Part shown: positions 1 to 10,203 of the stretch, piece after piece | Layout of the letters: the number at the start of each line of letters is the position of its first letter | Position numbering within the stretch: the stretch's first letter is position 1 | Assembly: GCA_963753055.1 (NCBI GenBank) | Contig: CAVWAP010000004.1 | Span: forward strand, 576,479 to 640,478 | DNA: 64,000 bases | DNA from: an uncultured Bacteroidales bacterium | GTDB taxonomy: Bacteria > Bacteroidota > Bacteroidia > Bacteroidales > B18-G4 | Reading direction: 5' to 3' | Program-made: the position numbers and the translations under genes | The notes under the pieces: generated by a model | What the model saw: only the letters and a program-made list of their open reading frames with translations | What the model was told of the DNA's origin: nothing | The model's database searches: none

Positions 1-51
1 AATTTTCAACAATTCAGTACGTATTTACCTATTATCGAAACAAATTCTGTA

Positions 52-59
52 TATCTTTG
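52..59 (+). promoter_or_regulatory. Candidate Bacteroidota -7 box (TAnnTTTG, here tatctttg) for CDS 96..2453
   Basis: Exact TAnnTTTG match 37 nt upstream of the ATG. No clear -33 TTTG seen. Confidence 0.3.
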
Positions 60-95
60 TTCTTTTTTTACACCTAACTAACAAAATACCTTGAG

Positions 96-2453
96 ATGAA
101 ACAGCTTATCATTCTACTGGCTTTACTGCTGGTAGCAATTGGAAATAATTCTTTTGCTCAGGAGTCTTCAGAGCGCCCAACTTATGTTCAGAAGGCTGCA
201 TACTTCGATAAATCACCTCCTTTGAGAGATATGCCAATAGTCTTGCCCGGCGAACGTGATCGCAGCTGGAAGGATGGCATTATCAATAACAAGTCTATGG
301 AAGAAGAAATGAGGGAGGAATCACGCAACTCTCCTTCAAATGGCCCTGATGGTGCTGTTCAACAGATCTATGGCACACGAAGCACTCGCGGACCTGTTAT
401 CGGGTACGACGGAATTGGTAATGTGGATGGAGTTTATCCTCCTGATACTGATGGTGCAGTCGGCCCGGATCATTTTTTCCAGATGATAAATCTCTCCTTT
501 GCTATCTGGGATAAGGATGGCAATAAATTATACGGACCTGTTGATAACAGTACATTGTGGAATGGCTTTGTAGGTCCGTGGACCGGCACCAATGATGGTG
601 ACCCGATTGTCCTTTATGACGAGGAAGCAGACCGCTGGGTTGCATCACAATTTGCTATTAATACTTCAAATGGCACCTACTGGGAACTCATAGCAATTTC
701 TGAGACATCTGACCCTACAGGTGCTTATTACAGGTATGCTTTCCAGTTTTTTGCTTTTAATGATTACCCAAAGCTATCTGTCTGGAGTGATGGCTATTAT
801 GCTACATTCAACATGTTTGGTTCATATACCAGGGTAGGGGTGGCAGCCTTTGAACGTGATGAGATGCTTACAGGTAATCCAGATGCACAGATGGTTTATT
901 ATGATCGTGGTGGAGGCACTTTCGCCATGTTGCCAGCCGATATTGACGGCCCACAGCCACCCGCAGGAGAGCCATGCTATTTTATGGATATCAACTCAAA
1001 CACACATGAAATACTGATTTATGGCTTTGATGTAGACTGGACCACACCTGGCAATTCAAGCTTCACCCTTCATAGTACTATGGCACCGGCTGCATACAGT
1101 GCTAACCTGGACGGCGTCCCTCAACCTGGAACATCACAAGAACTGGATGACCTGGCTATGATGATCATGTATCGTCTTCAGTACAGAAATTTCGGTACGC
1201 ACCAGACCCTTGTTACCAATCATACTGTTAACAATAGTGGCAGAGCTGGTGTCCGTTGGTATGAAATGAGGAAAACTACATCAACATGGGATATTTATCA
1301 ACAGGGAACCTTCTCACCTGATATCACTTACCGGTGGATGGGTAGTGCAGCCATGAATGGAAATGGTGATATCGCGTTGGGGTATAGCGCTTCAAGTTCT
1401 ACTGAATATCCTTCTGTACGCTACACAGGAAGAAGAGCTGATGATCCACTGGGACAAATGACAGTGGCAGAGGTTGAGGTCAAAACCGGTCTGAGTTCAC
1501 AAACCTTTATTAATCGTTGGGGAGATTATTCATGCTTGAATGTTGATCCTGCTGACGATACCACATTCTGGTTCACTACTGAATATATGAAAACTGGCGG
1601 CTGGGGGACATGGATTTCTTCATTTAATCTTGGACCACTGATGCCACCAACAGCCTTTGCAGGAGAAAATGACACTGTTTGTGAAAATGAAGTTTATGAT
1701 GCTAGTGGTATAGTTACAAGCACTTCAAGTACTTTATGGACAACTACCGGAGATGGCTTTTTCCAGTCACCTGTCTCTCTGAATACTTTTTACCTGAGAG
1801 GTAACCAGGACATTGAGAATGGAGGAGTTACACTGGTTTTAATAGCACAGGGATTTGAGGCCGGATGGGAAGCAAGTGATAGTGTCTATGTGACTATCAG
1901 TAAGTTGCCATATGTCTTTGCAGGGAATGATACCCTCCTTTGCCTGGGTGAATCACTCTATCTTGATCAAGCTGTAGCCATGAGTTACGATTCCCTGTTA
2001 TGGACTACCAATGGTGATGGTACATTTGACTATGATACTGCACTGAATGCGACTTATACTCCAGGGGCAAATGATATAAGTGCTGGTAATGTAAGACTTA
2101 CACTGACCGGTAACGGTATTGCACCATGTGAAGAAGGGTCGGATGATAATATCAATATTACAATTGATGAGTGTACCGGAGTTGAGGAGATCAATGCAGT
2201 AAATATAAATCTGTCGGTCGTTCCAAATCCAAGCCATGGCACTTTCAGCTTTACAGTGAGCGGTATTAATCAGGACAATCTTACATTAAAGATATTTAAT
2301 ATGCAGGGAAGAGTACTGTTTACCTATCAGATCGGTCAGTTGGATGGGGAGTACAGCAACCAGGTGGATATGTCCACTTTCCCTGAAGGGATATACTTCA
2401 TCAATATCCAGAATGGTCAAATCAATAAAACAGAAAAACTTGTGATATACTAG
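96..2453 (+). CDS. Secreted protein of unknown function with a T9SS type-A C-terminal sorting domain
   Basis: 785-aa ORF. Signal peptide MKQLIILLALLLVAIGNNSFAQ. C-terminal LSVVPNPSHGTFSF...KLVIY fits the T9SS sorting-domain pattern. Two internal Cys-containing repeats carry WTT(T/N)GDG. Strong paralogy to the next ORF. No catalytic motif recognised. Confidence 0.8.
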   Translation: MKQLIILLALLLVAIGNNSFAQESSERPTYVQKAAYFDKSPPLRDMPIVLPGERDRSWKDGIINNKSMEEEMREESRNSPSNGPDGAVQQIYGTRSTRGPVIGYDGIGNVDGVYPPDTDGAVGPDHFFQMINLSFAIWDKDGNKLYGPVDNSTLWNGFVGPWTGTNDGDPIVLYDEEADRWVASQFAINTSNGTYWELIAISETSDPTGAYYRYAFQFFAFNDYPKLSVWSDGYYATFNMFGSYTRVGVAAFERDEMLTGNPDAQMVYYDRGGGTFAMLPADIDGPQPPAGEPCYFMDINSNTHEILIYGFDVDWTTPGNSSFTLHSTMAPAAYSANLDGVPQPGTSQELDDLAMMIMYRLQYRNFGTHQTLVTNHTVNNSGRAGVRWYEMRKTTSTWDIYQQGTFSPDITYRWMGSAAMNGNGDIALGYSASSSTEYPSVRYTGRRADDPLGQMTVAEVEVKTGLSSQTFINRWGDYSCLNVDPADDTTFWFTTEYMKTGGWGTWISSFNLGPLMPPTAFAGENDTVCENEVYDASGIVTSTSSTLWTTTGDGFFQSPVSLNTFYLRGNQDIENGGVTLVLIAQGFEAGWEASDSVYVTISKLPYVFAGNDTLLCLGESLYLDQAVAMSYDSLLWTTNGDGTFDYDTALNATYTPGANDISAGNVRLTLTGNGIAPCEEGSDDNINITIDECTGVEEINAVNINLSVVPNPSHGTFSFTVSGINQDNLTLKIFNMQGRVLFTYQIGQLDGEYSNQVDMSTFPEGIYFINIQNGQINKTEKLVIY

Positions 2454-2492
2454 TGTGTAACAGACACTGAGCGAAATTCTTTGATTTTCATT

Positions 2493-2525
2493 AGATCCTG
2501 CCCTCAAGGGTAGGATCTTTTTTTT
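2493..2525 (+). terminator. Rho-independent terminator after the first T9SS paralog
   Basis: 11-bp stem agatcctgccc / gggtaggatct (one G-U pair), loop tcaa, followed by a run of T. Confidence 0.7.
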
Positions 2526-2532
2526 AACTTTG
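2525..2532 (+). promoter_or_regulatory. Candidate -7 box (taactttg) for the second T9SS paralog
   Basis: Exact TAnnTTTG match 34 nt upstream of ATG 2566. Supports the 2566 start over TTG 2530. Confidence 0.4.
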
Positions 2533-2565
2533 TTAGTTGCACCATTTACTATAAGGCTTAAAGAT

Positions 2566-4968
2566 ATGATTACAAAACGCACCTTTGTGCTGCTAATATG
2601 TGGCTTGATGCTTGTCACCAGCCTCTACGCGCAAAATAAGAGGCTTAGTCCTGAAAGAATAACAAAAGCCCAGCATTTTCGAAAAACCATTGCTCTGCGT
2701 GACATGACGCCAATTCTGCCCGGTGAGCGTGACCGCAGCTGGAAAGATGGAATCATCAGGAATGAAGAATACCCGGAAGACAATATTGTCAAAAATGAGA
2801 ATGCGTTACCTCTCGGACAGGACCCGGTATTACAAGATTTTCAGGGCACTAAATACCACCGTGGACCTTTAGTTAATATTGATGGCGTTGGTAATGTTAA
2901 TGGAGTTTATCCTCCGGATACAGAAGGTGATGTCGGACCGGATCATTATTTCCAAATGATCAATTTGTCATTTGCCATATACGACAAAAGCGGTAATAAG
3001 CTTTATGGACCAGTTGATAACAGTACTTTATGGAGCGGGTTTATCGGCCCATGGACAGGAACCAACGATGGTGATCCAATCCTGTTATATGATGAGATGG
3101 CAGACCGCTGGATGGCAAGCCAGTTTGCGATCAATACTGCAAACGGCAGTTACTGGCAGTTGATGGCAATCTCGGAATCGGGCGATCCTCTCGGAGCCTA
3201 CTACCAGTATGCATTTGAGTTTCCTGCCTTCAACGATTATCCAAAATATGGTATCTGGCCGGATGCATACTATGCTACTTTTAACATATATGGTGAGTGG
3301 AACAGGACAGCCGCAGCAGCTTTTGAAAGGGACAAGATGCTCATTGGCGACTCCACTGCCAGGATGATCCTCTTCGACCTGCCTGAGAGCTTCAATATGA
3401 GAAATATGCTGCCGGCAGATTTTGATGGTCCCCCACCAGTTAAAGGGACTCCTAATTACCACCTTGTATTCAAGGATGATACATGGGGATATGCTTTTGA
3501 CCAGCTGCAGATATGGGAATTTGTAGCCAACTGGGACGACCCGCTGGCATCTACCTTTGAAGAGGTGAAGATACTGGAAACAGAACCTTTCACCTCCAAG
3601 TTGTGTGAGGCTCCCCGCTGGCAATGCATACCGCAACCCAATACTTCACTTAAGCTTGAAGCAATTAATGACCGCCTGATGTACCGGGTTCAATACAGGA
3701 ATTTTGAAACATATTCTACGATGGTCCTGAATCATACCGTCAATGCAGATGGCCTCGGGAAAGGAGGGATCCGCTGGTACGAGTTACGGGACAATCATGA
3801 TGGAAGCGGATGGGAGATCTATCAGCAGGGCACCTATGCACCGGATGACAACAGCCGCTGGATGGCTAGCATAGCCATGAATAAGAAAGGAACAATAGCA
3901 TTGGGCTTTACAATCTCAAGCGACACCATCGCACCATCAATTATGTATACAGGAAGAACCTCAGATGCACCTTTGGGGGAGATGAACCTTGCCGAGGTGG
4001 AGATAGCCCGCGGACTATATGCGCAGGGAAGTTATAATCGCTGGGGAGATTATAGCATGATGTCGGTGGACCCGGTTGATGATACGACATTCTGGTATAC
4101 TCAGGAGTATTCACTCGGCGGATGGAGAACTCGAATTACTTCATTTAATTTTGGCCCTGTAGGGGAACCATCGGTCGAAGTAGGACCTGACACTACGATT
4201 TGCTGGGACCAGGTATTTTTCAGGGATGCAGTTGCAGAGAACTACCTTAGTGTAAACTGGACTACATCAGGAGATGGGTTCTTCCAGAATCCCAGGCAGT
4301 TAAGAGCTGCTTACCTGCGCGGACAGGAAGACATTGCCAACGGATATGTGGATCTGTCACTCAAGATTTATGGCTACCTGCCGGGATCGAGCGCTAGTGA
4401 TCAATTGACTATGTATATTGACTCCTTACCTTTTGCAGATGCCGGCCTGGACACCACCATCTGCTTCAATCATATTTACCAATGCCATGGAATTGTTGGT
4501 AACAGCTCATCAGTAGAGTGGTCGACTTCCGGTGATGGTTCATTTAGTGACCAGAGCTTGCTCGACCCGGTATATTATCCGGGAAGCCTGGACACAACTA
4601 CTGGGTCAGTTGAGTTGTTTCTGACCGCCTACAGCGACATTTGTGAGGTGAGTAACATTGATGGATTGCTGCTGAATTTTAGCGACTGCCCGGGAATTTG
4701 GGAACATAACATTCAGTCTTTAGACTTGTCAGTTTATCCCAACCCTAATAACGGTGTCTTTGATGTATCAATCAGCAATGATGAGAGCCAGGAAATTGAG
4801 ATTTCAATACTCGATGCTCAAGGCCAGGTCCTGTTCAATCAGTATGTGAAATTGGATGGCCAGCCCTTTACCAGGCAGTTCGATATGCATTATCTCGAAA
4901 GAGGCACCTATTACTTCAGGGCGATCACCCGGAAAGGACAGTCAACAGTGCCTTTTATACTTCAGTAA
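2566..4968 (+). CDS. Secreted protein of unknown function with a T9SS type-A C-terminal sorting domain (paralog of 96..2453)
   Basis: The ORF track starts at TTG 2530, but ATG 2566 gives the signal peptide MITKRTFVLLICGLMLVTSLYAQ and lies after the terminator and -7 box. C-terminal LSVYPNPNNGVFDV... sorting domain. Long conserved blocks shared with 96..2453. Confidence 0.8.
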   Translation: MITKRTFVLLICGLMLVTSLYAQNKRLSPERITKAQHFRKTIALRDMTPILPGERDRSWKDGIIRNEEYPEDNIVKNENALPLGQDPVLQDFQGTKYHRGPLVNIDGVGNVNGVYPPDTEGDVGPDHYFQMINLSFAIYDKSGNKLYGPVDNSTLWSGFIGPWTGTNDGDPILLYDEMADRWMASQFAINTANGSYWQLMAISESGDPLGAYYQYAFEFPAFNDYPKYGIWPDAYYATFNIYGEWNRTAAAAFERDKMLIGDSTARMILFDLPESFNMRNMLPADFDGPPPVKGTPNYHLVFKDDTWGYAFDQLQIWEFVANWDDPLASTFEEVKILETEPFTSKLCEAPRWQCIPQPNTSLKLEAINDRLMYRVQYRNFETYSTMVLNHTVNADGLGKGGIRWYELRDNHDGSGWEIYQQGTYAPDDNSRWMASIAMNKKGTIALGFTISSDTIAPSIMYTGRTSDAPLGEMNLAEVEIARGLYAQGSYNRWGDYSMMSVDPVDDTTFWYTQEYSLGGWRTRITSFNFGPVGEPSVEVGPDTTICWDQVFFRDAVAENYLSVNWTTSGDGFFQNPRQLRAAYLRGQEDIANGYVDLSLKIYGYLPGSSASDQLTMYIDSLPFADAGLDTTICFNHIYQCHGIVGNSSSVEWSTSGDGSFSDQSLLDPVYYPGSLDTTTGSVELFLTAYSDICEVSNIDGLLLNFSDCPGIWEHNIQSLDLSVYPNPNNGVFDVSISNDESQEIEISILDAQGQVLFNQYVKLDGQPFTRQFDMHYLERGTYYFRAITRKGQSTVPFILQ

Positions 4969-5027
4969 CGAGCATTTTAAAATCCGTCTAAATTACTCAT
5001 TTCGTGATGCCGTTCCGTTATTGTTTA

Positions 5028-5035
5028 TATTTTTG
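5028..5035 (+). promoter_or_regulatory. Candidate -7 box (tatttttg) for the rnf operon
   Basis: TAnnTTTG match 62 nt upstream of the rnfB GTG. No clear -33 element. Confidence 0.25.
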
Positions 5036-5096
5036 CCTTTTGCTATTCCAATGACGAAAAGAATCAGGAATTTAAACCATTTAAAAGGGATTTGCC

Positions 5097-6035
5097 GTGA
5101 ATGAGGTTTTAATCTATTCTGTAGTTTCCATCAGTGCGATCGGGATTGTTGCTGCTGTGGTCTTGTATGTCATTGCACAACGATTTAAGGTCATCGAAGA
5201 TCCAAAGATCGACCTGGTTGAAGAAATATTGCCAGCTGCCAATTGCGGTGGCTGTGGCTTTGCCGGATGCAGGAATTTTGCTGAGGCCCTGGTAAACTCT
5301 GCCAACAATAAAAACAACATTGAAGGCTTGAACTGTCCGGTTGGTGGCAATGAGACCATGTCAGCTGCTGCCAGCATCCTGGAACTGGAGGTGGAAGAGG
5401 CAGATCCGATGATAGCCGTTGTTCGTTGCAATGGATCCCGCACCAATGCACCACAGAAAATTAATTATGACGGACCGGCCACCTGCGCTTTCGCCCATAA
5501 CCTGTATTCGGGTGAGAGTGGCTGTCCACATGGTTGCCTTGGACTTGGCGATTGTGTAAAAGCATGTTTGTTTGATGCCATATTTATGAATCCTGAAACC
5601 GGGTTGCCGGAAGTAAATGATAAGTGTGTTGCATGCGGAGCCTGTGTCGATGCCTGCCCAAGGAATATCATTGAGTTAAGGCTTAAGGGAAAGAAGGACA
5701 AGAGGATCTATGTTTGCTGTATCAACGAGGAAAAAGGTGGACCGGCAAAGAAAAATTGTGCGGTGGCCTGTATTGGTTGTGGTAAGTGTGTCAAGGTTTG
5801 CCCTTTTGAGGCCATCACTTTAGTAAATAACCTGGCTTATATCGACTTTGAGAAATGTAAGCTCTGCAGGAAATGTGTTTCTGAATGCCCCACCAATGCT
5901 ATCCATGAGATAAACTTCCCTCCGCCAAAGCCAAAGCCTGAAGCGGAAAAGCCCGTTGAGGAGGCAGAGAAGAAGGCGACTGCTGAAGTTAAGCCTGAAG
6001 GGCCATCTAATGAAGAGCCAGCAAAAGAAATTTAA
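5097..6035 (+). CDS. rnfB: Rnf electron transport complex subunit B (Fe-S protein)
   Basis: N-terminal TM, CGGCGFAGC cluster and several CxxCxxCxxxCP ferredoxin motifs. First gene of an rnfBCDGEA array. GTG start. Pro/Lys/Glu-rich C-terminal tail. Confidence 0.85.
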   Translation: MNEVLIYSVVSISAIGIVAAVVLYVIAQRFKVIEDPKIDLVEEILPAANCGGCGFAGCRNFAEALVNSANNKNNIEGLNCPVGGNETMSAAASILELEVEEADPMIAVVRCNGSRTNAPQKINYDGPATCAFAHNLYSGESGCPHGCLGLGDCVKACLFDAIFMNPETGLPEVNDKCVACGACVDACPRNIIELRLKGKKDKRIYVCCINEEKGGPAKKNCAVACIGCGKCVKVCPFEAITLVNNLAYIDFEKCKLCRKCVSECPTNAIHEINFPPPKPKPEAEKPVEEAEKKATAEVKPEGPSNEEPAKEI

Positions 6036-6061
6036 GAAATCATCATAAATGATTTAGTCGG

Positions 6062-7402
6062 ATGAGTATGTTGAAAACGTTTCAAATGGGTGGTGTTCAC
6101 CCGCCCGAAAACAAATTGTCGGCTGATCAGCCAATACAGGTACTGGACCCACCCCAACAAGCATTTATTCCACTGAACCAGAACCTGGGGGCTCCTGCCA
6201 AACCTCTGATCGCCAAGGGCGATGCAGTCAAGGTGGGACAAATGATTGCAAAAGGGGAAGCATTTATCTCATCCAATATCCATTCTTCTGTTTCAGGAAA
6301 AGTACTGAAGATAGATAACGTGACGGACCCCAGCGGGTACAAACGACCAGCAGTCGTGATAGCTGTTGAGGGAGATGAATGGGATGAGAGCGTTGACAGG
6401 TCAAGCGAGCTTAAGAGATTGGTAACATCATCCCAAAAAGAAATTATTGAGAAGATCAAAGAGATGGGCATAGTTGGCCTCGGTGGTGCTACCTTCCCTT
6501 CTCACGTAAAGCTTATGGTGCCGGATGGCAAGAAAGCCGAAGTATTATTGATCAATGGTGTGGAATGTGAGCCCTATCTTACATCTGACCATCGCCTGAT
6601 GCTGGAAAGAGGAAATGAGATCATGGTCGGGACAAGCATCCTGATGCGTGGTTTGGGCGTTAATAAAGCCGTGATTGGCATTGAAAACAATAAAAAAGAT
6701 GCTATCGAACACCTGGGTAACCTGGCTAAGGACTACGACGGCATCAGTGTACAGGCACTTAAGGTAAAATACCCACAAGGTGGTGAAAAACAGCTTATTA
6801 AAGCGGTAATCAGTCGTGAGGTACCATCAGGAAAGCTGCCTATCGAGGTAGGAGCCGTGGTGCATAATGTAGGAACTGCATTTGCTGTGTATGAAGCTGT
6901 GCAAAAGAACAAACCCCTGATAGAAAGAGTAGTGACCATTACTGGAAAGCAACTGGCAAAACCGTCGAATTTCTTGGCCAGGATCGGAACGCCGATTGCT
7001 ACCCTGATTGAAAAAGCCGGTGGACTGCCTGATGAGTCCGGTAAAATAGTTGGGGGCGGGCCCATGATGGGCAAGGCCCTGATTTCCGAAGAGACCCCGG
7101 TGGTTAAAGGATCATCTGGAATTCTCATTCTGAGTGAAAAGGAATCCCGCAGGGTGATACCAAATAATTGTATTCGTTGCGGGCGTTGCATTACCGTCTG
7201 CCCGATGGGACTGGAGCCGGTATTGCTGGCACAGCTGGCAAACGCTGAGAAATGGGAAGAGTCTGAGAAGGAACTGATCATGGATTGTATCGAATGTGGT
7301 TCATGTCATTATACCTGCCCCTCAGGCAGGCCATTGCTGGATTATATCAGGCTGGGAAAAAGCAGAGTAGGACAAATTATTAGAAACAGAGGAAAACAAT
7401 AA
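6062..7402 (+). CDS. rnfC: Rnf complex subunit C
   Basis: GLGGATFP nucleotide-binding-type region plus CIRCGRCITVCP and CIECGSCHYTCP 4Fe-4S motifs. Operon position. Confidence 0.9.
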   Translation: MSMLKTFQMGGVHPPENKLSADQPIQVLDPPQQAFIPLNQNLGAPAKPLIAKGDAVKVGQMIAKGEAFISSNIHSSVSGKVLKIDNVTDPSGYKRPAVVIAVEGDEWDESVDRSSELKRLVTSSQKEIIEKIKEMGIVGLGGATFPSHVKLMVPDGKKAEVLLINGVECEPYLTSDHRLMLERGNEIMVGTSILMRGLGVNKAVIGIENNKKDAIEHLGNLAKDYDGISVQALKVKYPQGGEKQLIKAVISREVPSGKLPIEVGAVVHNVGTAFAVYEAVQKNKPLIERVVTITGKQLAKPSNFLARIGTPIATLIEKAGGLPDESGKIVGGGPMMGKALISEETPVVKGSSGILILSEKESRRVIPNNCIRCGRCITVCPMGLEPVLLAQLANAEKWEESEKELIMDCIECGSCHYTCPSGRPLLDYIRLGKSRVGQIIRNRGKQ

Positions 7403-7405
7403 ATT

Positions 7406-8410
7406 ATGAGTACCCTGATCGTTTCGGGATCTCCTCATGTGCATGGAGATACATCTGTTAAGAAAATCATGTATGGGGTCGTTATTGCCATGGTTCCTGC
7501 AATCCTGGTTTCTGTCTATTTTTTCGGACTGGATGCTTTACGGGTATTGGTGGTCTCCTCCCTGGCATGTTTGTTCTTTGAATGGGTTATCCAGAAATAC
7601 CTGATCAAGGGACCCATAACTATTAATGATGGATCAGCACTGGTAACAGGGGTATTGCTGGCCTTTAACGTACCCTCCAACCTGCCAACATGGATATTGA
7701 TTATCGGGGCATTTGCTGCAATTGCTATTGCTAAAATGTCATTTGGTGGCCTGGGAAAAAATCCTTTTAACCCGGCATTGGTCGGAAGGGTGTTTCTATT
7801 AATATCATTCCCGGTACAGATGACTTCCTGGCCAATACCACGTCCCTTATTCGCAGGGGGAGCAGTTACGGATGCCGTCACCGGTCCTACACCATTAGGG
7901 CTACTGAAAGAAGGGTTGAAGATGGGCAAGACCGTACCTGAGATGATGCCGGAGATGCCTGGATACATCCAGGAGTTGCTTGGTAACCAGGGGGGAAGCT
8001 TGGGTGAGGTGTCGGCCATAGCATTGATCATCGGGGCAATATATATGCTGGGAAGGAAAATCATTACATGGCACGTACCTGTGGCATACCTGCTATCTGT
8101 ATTTGTCTTTACAGGAATTTTATACCTGATAGACCCGGCTCTTTATGTAAACCCATTATTCCACCTTGTAACCGGTGGCTTGATCCTTGGCGTCTTTTTT
8201 ATGGCAACAGATATGGTTTCAACGCCGCTATCTGCAAAAGGAATGATCATATTTGGCCTGGGATGTGGTGTCCTGACGGTGATCATCAGGGTCTGGGGGG
8301 CATATCCTGAAGGGGTGTCCTTTGCAATCCTGATAATGAACGCATTTGCCCCACTCATCAACAGGGGCTTCAAACCAAAACGGTTTGGTGAAAAAGTAAT
8401 TGAGGCCTAA
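7406..8410 (+). CDS. rnfD: Rnf complex subunit D
   Basis: Polytopic membrane protein with SGSPH N-terminus and TGPTPL flavinylation-type motif, typical of RnfD/NqrB. Confidence 0.9.
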   Translation: MSTLIVSGSPHVHGDTSVKKIMYGVVIAMVPAILVSVYFFGLDALRVLVVSSLACLFFEWVIQKYLIKGPITINDGSALVTGVLLAFNVPSNLPTWILIIGAFAAIAIAKMSFGGLGKNPFNPALVGRVFLLISFPVQMTSWPIPRPLFAGGAVTDAVTGPTPLGLLKEGLKMGKTVPEMMPEMPGYIQELLGNQGGSLGEVSAIALIIGAIYMLGRKIITWHVPVAYLLSVFVFTGILYLIDPALYVNPLFHLVTGGLILGVFFMATDMVSTPLSAKGMIIFGLGCGVLTVIIRVWGAYPEGVSFAILIMNAFAPLINRGFKPKRFGEKVIEA

Positions 8411-8436
8411 TGATATTTATGTAAAAGTGATTTGAG

Positions 8437-9015
8437 ATGGCAAAAATTGAGTCTTCTTTTAAAAATATGGTGCTGACATTGTTTATTGTCACTCTGCTGG
8501 CTTCTTTGTCACTTGGTGGTATTTATAACCTGACCAAAGGGCCTATTGCCCTGGCAAAGAAAGCTGCGAAAGAGAAAGCCATTAAAGAAGTTATACCGGA
8601 ATTCGATGAATTGCAGACTTTCATGGTCTTACCTGAGGGTGCTAAAGACTCCATTGAGTTTAACCTTGGCTTAAAAGGTGGAGAACTGGTTGGTACTGCC
8701 ATTGCTGCATACTCCAACAATGGATATGACCCCACCCAGATCAGGATCATGGTTGGTATCCTGCCTGATCATACCATCGGTAATACTTCTGTAATTCAAC
8801 ATAAGGAAACACCCGGGCTGGGAACCAAGATGAAGGATCCTAAGTTCAAAGACCAGTTCATGGGTATCAATCCCCAGCAGTTTAACCTGAAGGTGAAAAA
8901 AGATGGTGGAGATGTGGATGCCATCACTGCTGCCACAATCAGCTCAAGAGCATTTACTGAAGCAGTAGATATGGCTTATAAAACTTTCTTAAAGGTACAG
9001 GAGGAAAAGAAATGA
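8437..9015 (+). CDS. rnfG: Rnf complex subunit G (FMN-binding)
   Basis: Single N-terminal TM, FMN-binding domain with [10 protein letters not shown] motif. 4-nt overlap with rnfE. Confidence 0.85.
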   Translation: MAKIESSFKNMVLTLFIVTLLASLSLGGIYNLTKGPIALAKKAAKEKAIKEVIPEFDELQTFMVLPEGAKDSIEFNLGLKGGELVGTAIAAYSNNGYDPTQIRIMVGILPDHTIGNTSVIQHKETPGLGTKMKDPKFKDQFMGINPQQFNLKVKKDGGDVDAITAATISSRAFTEAVDMAYKTFLKVQEEKK

Positions 9016-9596
9016 ACCAGGCAGCCAATTTTACAAAAGGATTTATAAAAGAGAACCCTGTATTTGTCTTGCTCCTGGGTTTATGTCCTACCCTGGCAAC
9101 TACCACTTCTGCTTTTAACGGCCTGGGCATGGGGGCTGCTACCCTGTTTGTCCTCATATGTTCCAATATGGTCGTATCGGTGATCAAAAACTATATTCCG
9201 GATAAAGTTAGAATACCTTCATTCATTGTCATAATAGCATCTTTTGTAACTATTGTGGAACTGGTGATGCAGGCCTATGTGCCTGCATTATTTGAAGCAC
9301 TGGGCATTTTTATCCCATTGATTGTGGTAAACTGCCTCGTTCTGGGCCGTGCTGAAGGCTTTGCATCTAAGCAATCATTCTTCTCGTCCCTGATCGATGG
9401 CCTGGGAATGGGGCTTGGGTTCACTTTTGCCCTGACTCTCCTGGGAGCCGTAAGGGAGATGCTTGGGAATGGATCTATCTTCGATGTGAAATTCATTGAG
9501 GGTGATGCCATCCTGATATTTATCCTGTCACCAGGAGCATTTATCGTTTTAGGCTATTTGATAGCCCTGATCAACAGAATTAAGAAAACCGCGTAA
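9012..9596 (+). CDS. rnfE: Rnf complex subunit E
   Basis: About 190-aa six-TM RnfE/NqrD-type protein ([15 protein letters not shown] motifs). Operon position. Confidence 0.9.
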   Translation: MNQAANFTKGFIKENPVFVLLLGLCPTLATTTSAFNGLGMGAATLFVLICSNMVVSVIKNYIPDKVRIPSFIVIIASFVTIVELVMQAYVPALFEALGIFIPLIVVNCLVLGRAEGFASKQSFFSSLIDGLGMGLGFTFALTLLGAVREMLGNGSIFDVKFIEGDAILIFILSPGAFIVLGYLIALINRIKKTA

Positions 9597-9607
9597 ATGA
9601 TAGCAAT

Positions 9608-10180
9608 ATGGAATATTTTGTAATTATTATCTCGGCCATATTTGTCTCAAACATCGTTCTATCCCAGTTCTTGGGTATTTGCCCCTTCCTTGGAGTATCA
9701 GGTAAGGTTTCAACTTCAGTGGGCATGAGTGGAGCTGTTTTGTTTGTAATGACTATAGCAACCATCGTTACCTGGTTGATATTTAAGTATGTCCTGGATC
9801 CATTTCATATCACTTATCTGAGAACCATTGCATTTATCCTGGTAATTGCTTCATTGGTACAAATGGTTGAGATTATCCTGAAAAAAATCAGTCCTCCTTT
9901 ATATCAATCGCTCGGTATCTTTCTGCCACTGATCACAACCAATTGCGCAGTTTTTGGTGTGGCCCTGCTGGCTATTTCTAAAGAGCTAAGCCTGCTGGAA
10001 GGTGTTGTATTTGCTATTGCTACTGCGATAGGATTTGGCCTGGCAATGATATTGTTTGCCGGTTTACGTGAGCACCTCGACCTGATGGAAGTGCCTAAAG
10101 GCATGAGAGGCGTTCCGATCGCCCTGGTTACTGCCGGGATACTGGCACTGGCCTTCATGGGCTTCGCCGGCCTGGTTTAG
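9608..10180 (+). CDS. rnfA: Rnf complex subunit A
   Basis: About 190-aa six-TM RnfA/NqrE-type protein (FLGICPFLGVS, LPLITTNCAV motifs). Confidence 0.9.
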   Translation: MEYFVIIISAIFVSNIVLSQFLGICPFLGVSGKVSTSVGMSGAVLFVMTIATIVTWLIFKYVLDPFHITYLRTIAFILVIASLVQMVEIILKKISPPLYQSLGIFLPLITTNCAVFGVALLAISKELSLLEGVVFAIATAIGFGLAMILFAGLREHLDLMEVPKGMRGVPIALVTAGILALAFMGFAGLV

Positions 10181-10203
10181 AAAAATTAGGCTATTTTCGT
10201 ATT

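Noticed and set aside
3085-3636. Long antisense ORFs inside well-supported genes (3085..3636, 6733..7281, 7516..8064, 31895..32596, 35857..36288 and many shorter ones)
   Set aside because: Each lies entirely within, and opposite to, a CDS with clear family motifs. Their translations are low-complexity Ser/Pro/Ile-rich with no motifs or start context, so they are typical shadow ORFs.
4856-5104. 82-aa ORF spanning the end of the second T9SS gene and the rnfB upstream spacer; also 87-aa ORF 21682..21945
   Set aside because: They overlap better-supported genes or cross promoter regions, and have no start context or domain signal.
5097-10180. Alternative reading of the six-gene membrane complex as Na+-NQR
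   Set aside because: The presence of Fe-S subunits RnfB and RnfC, and the absence of NqrA- and NqrF-like proteins, identifies it as Rnf.
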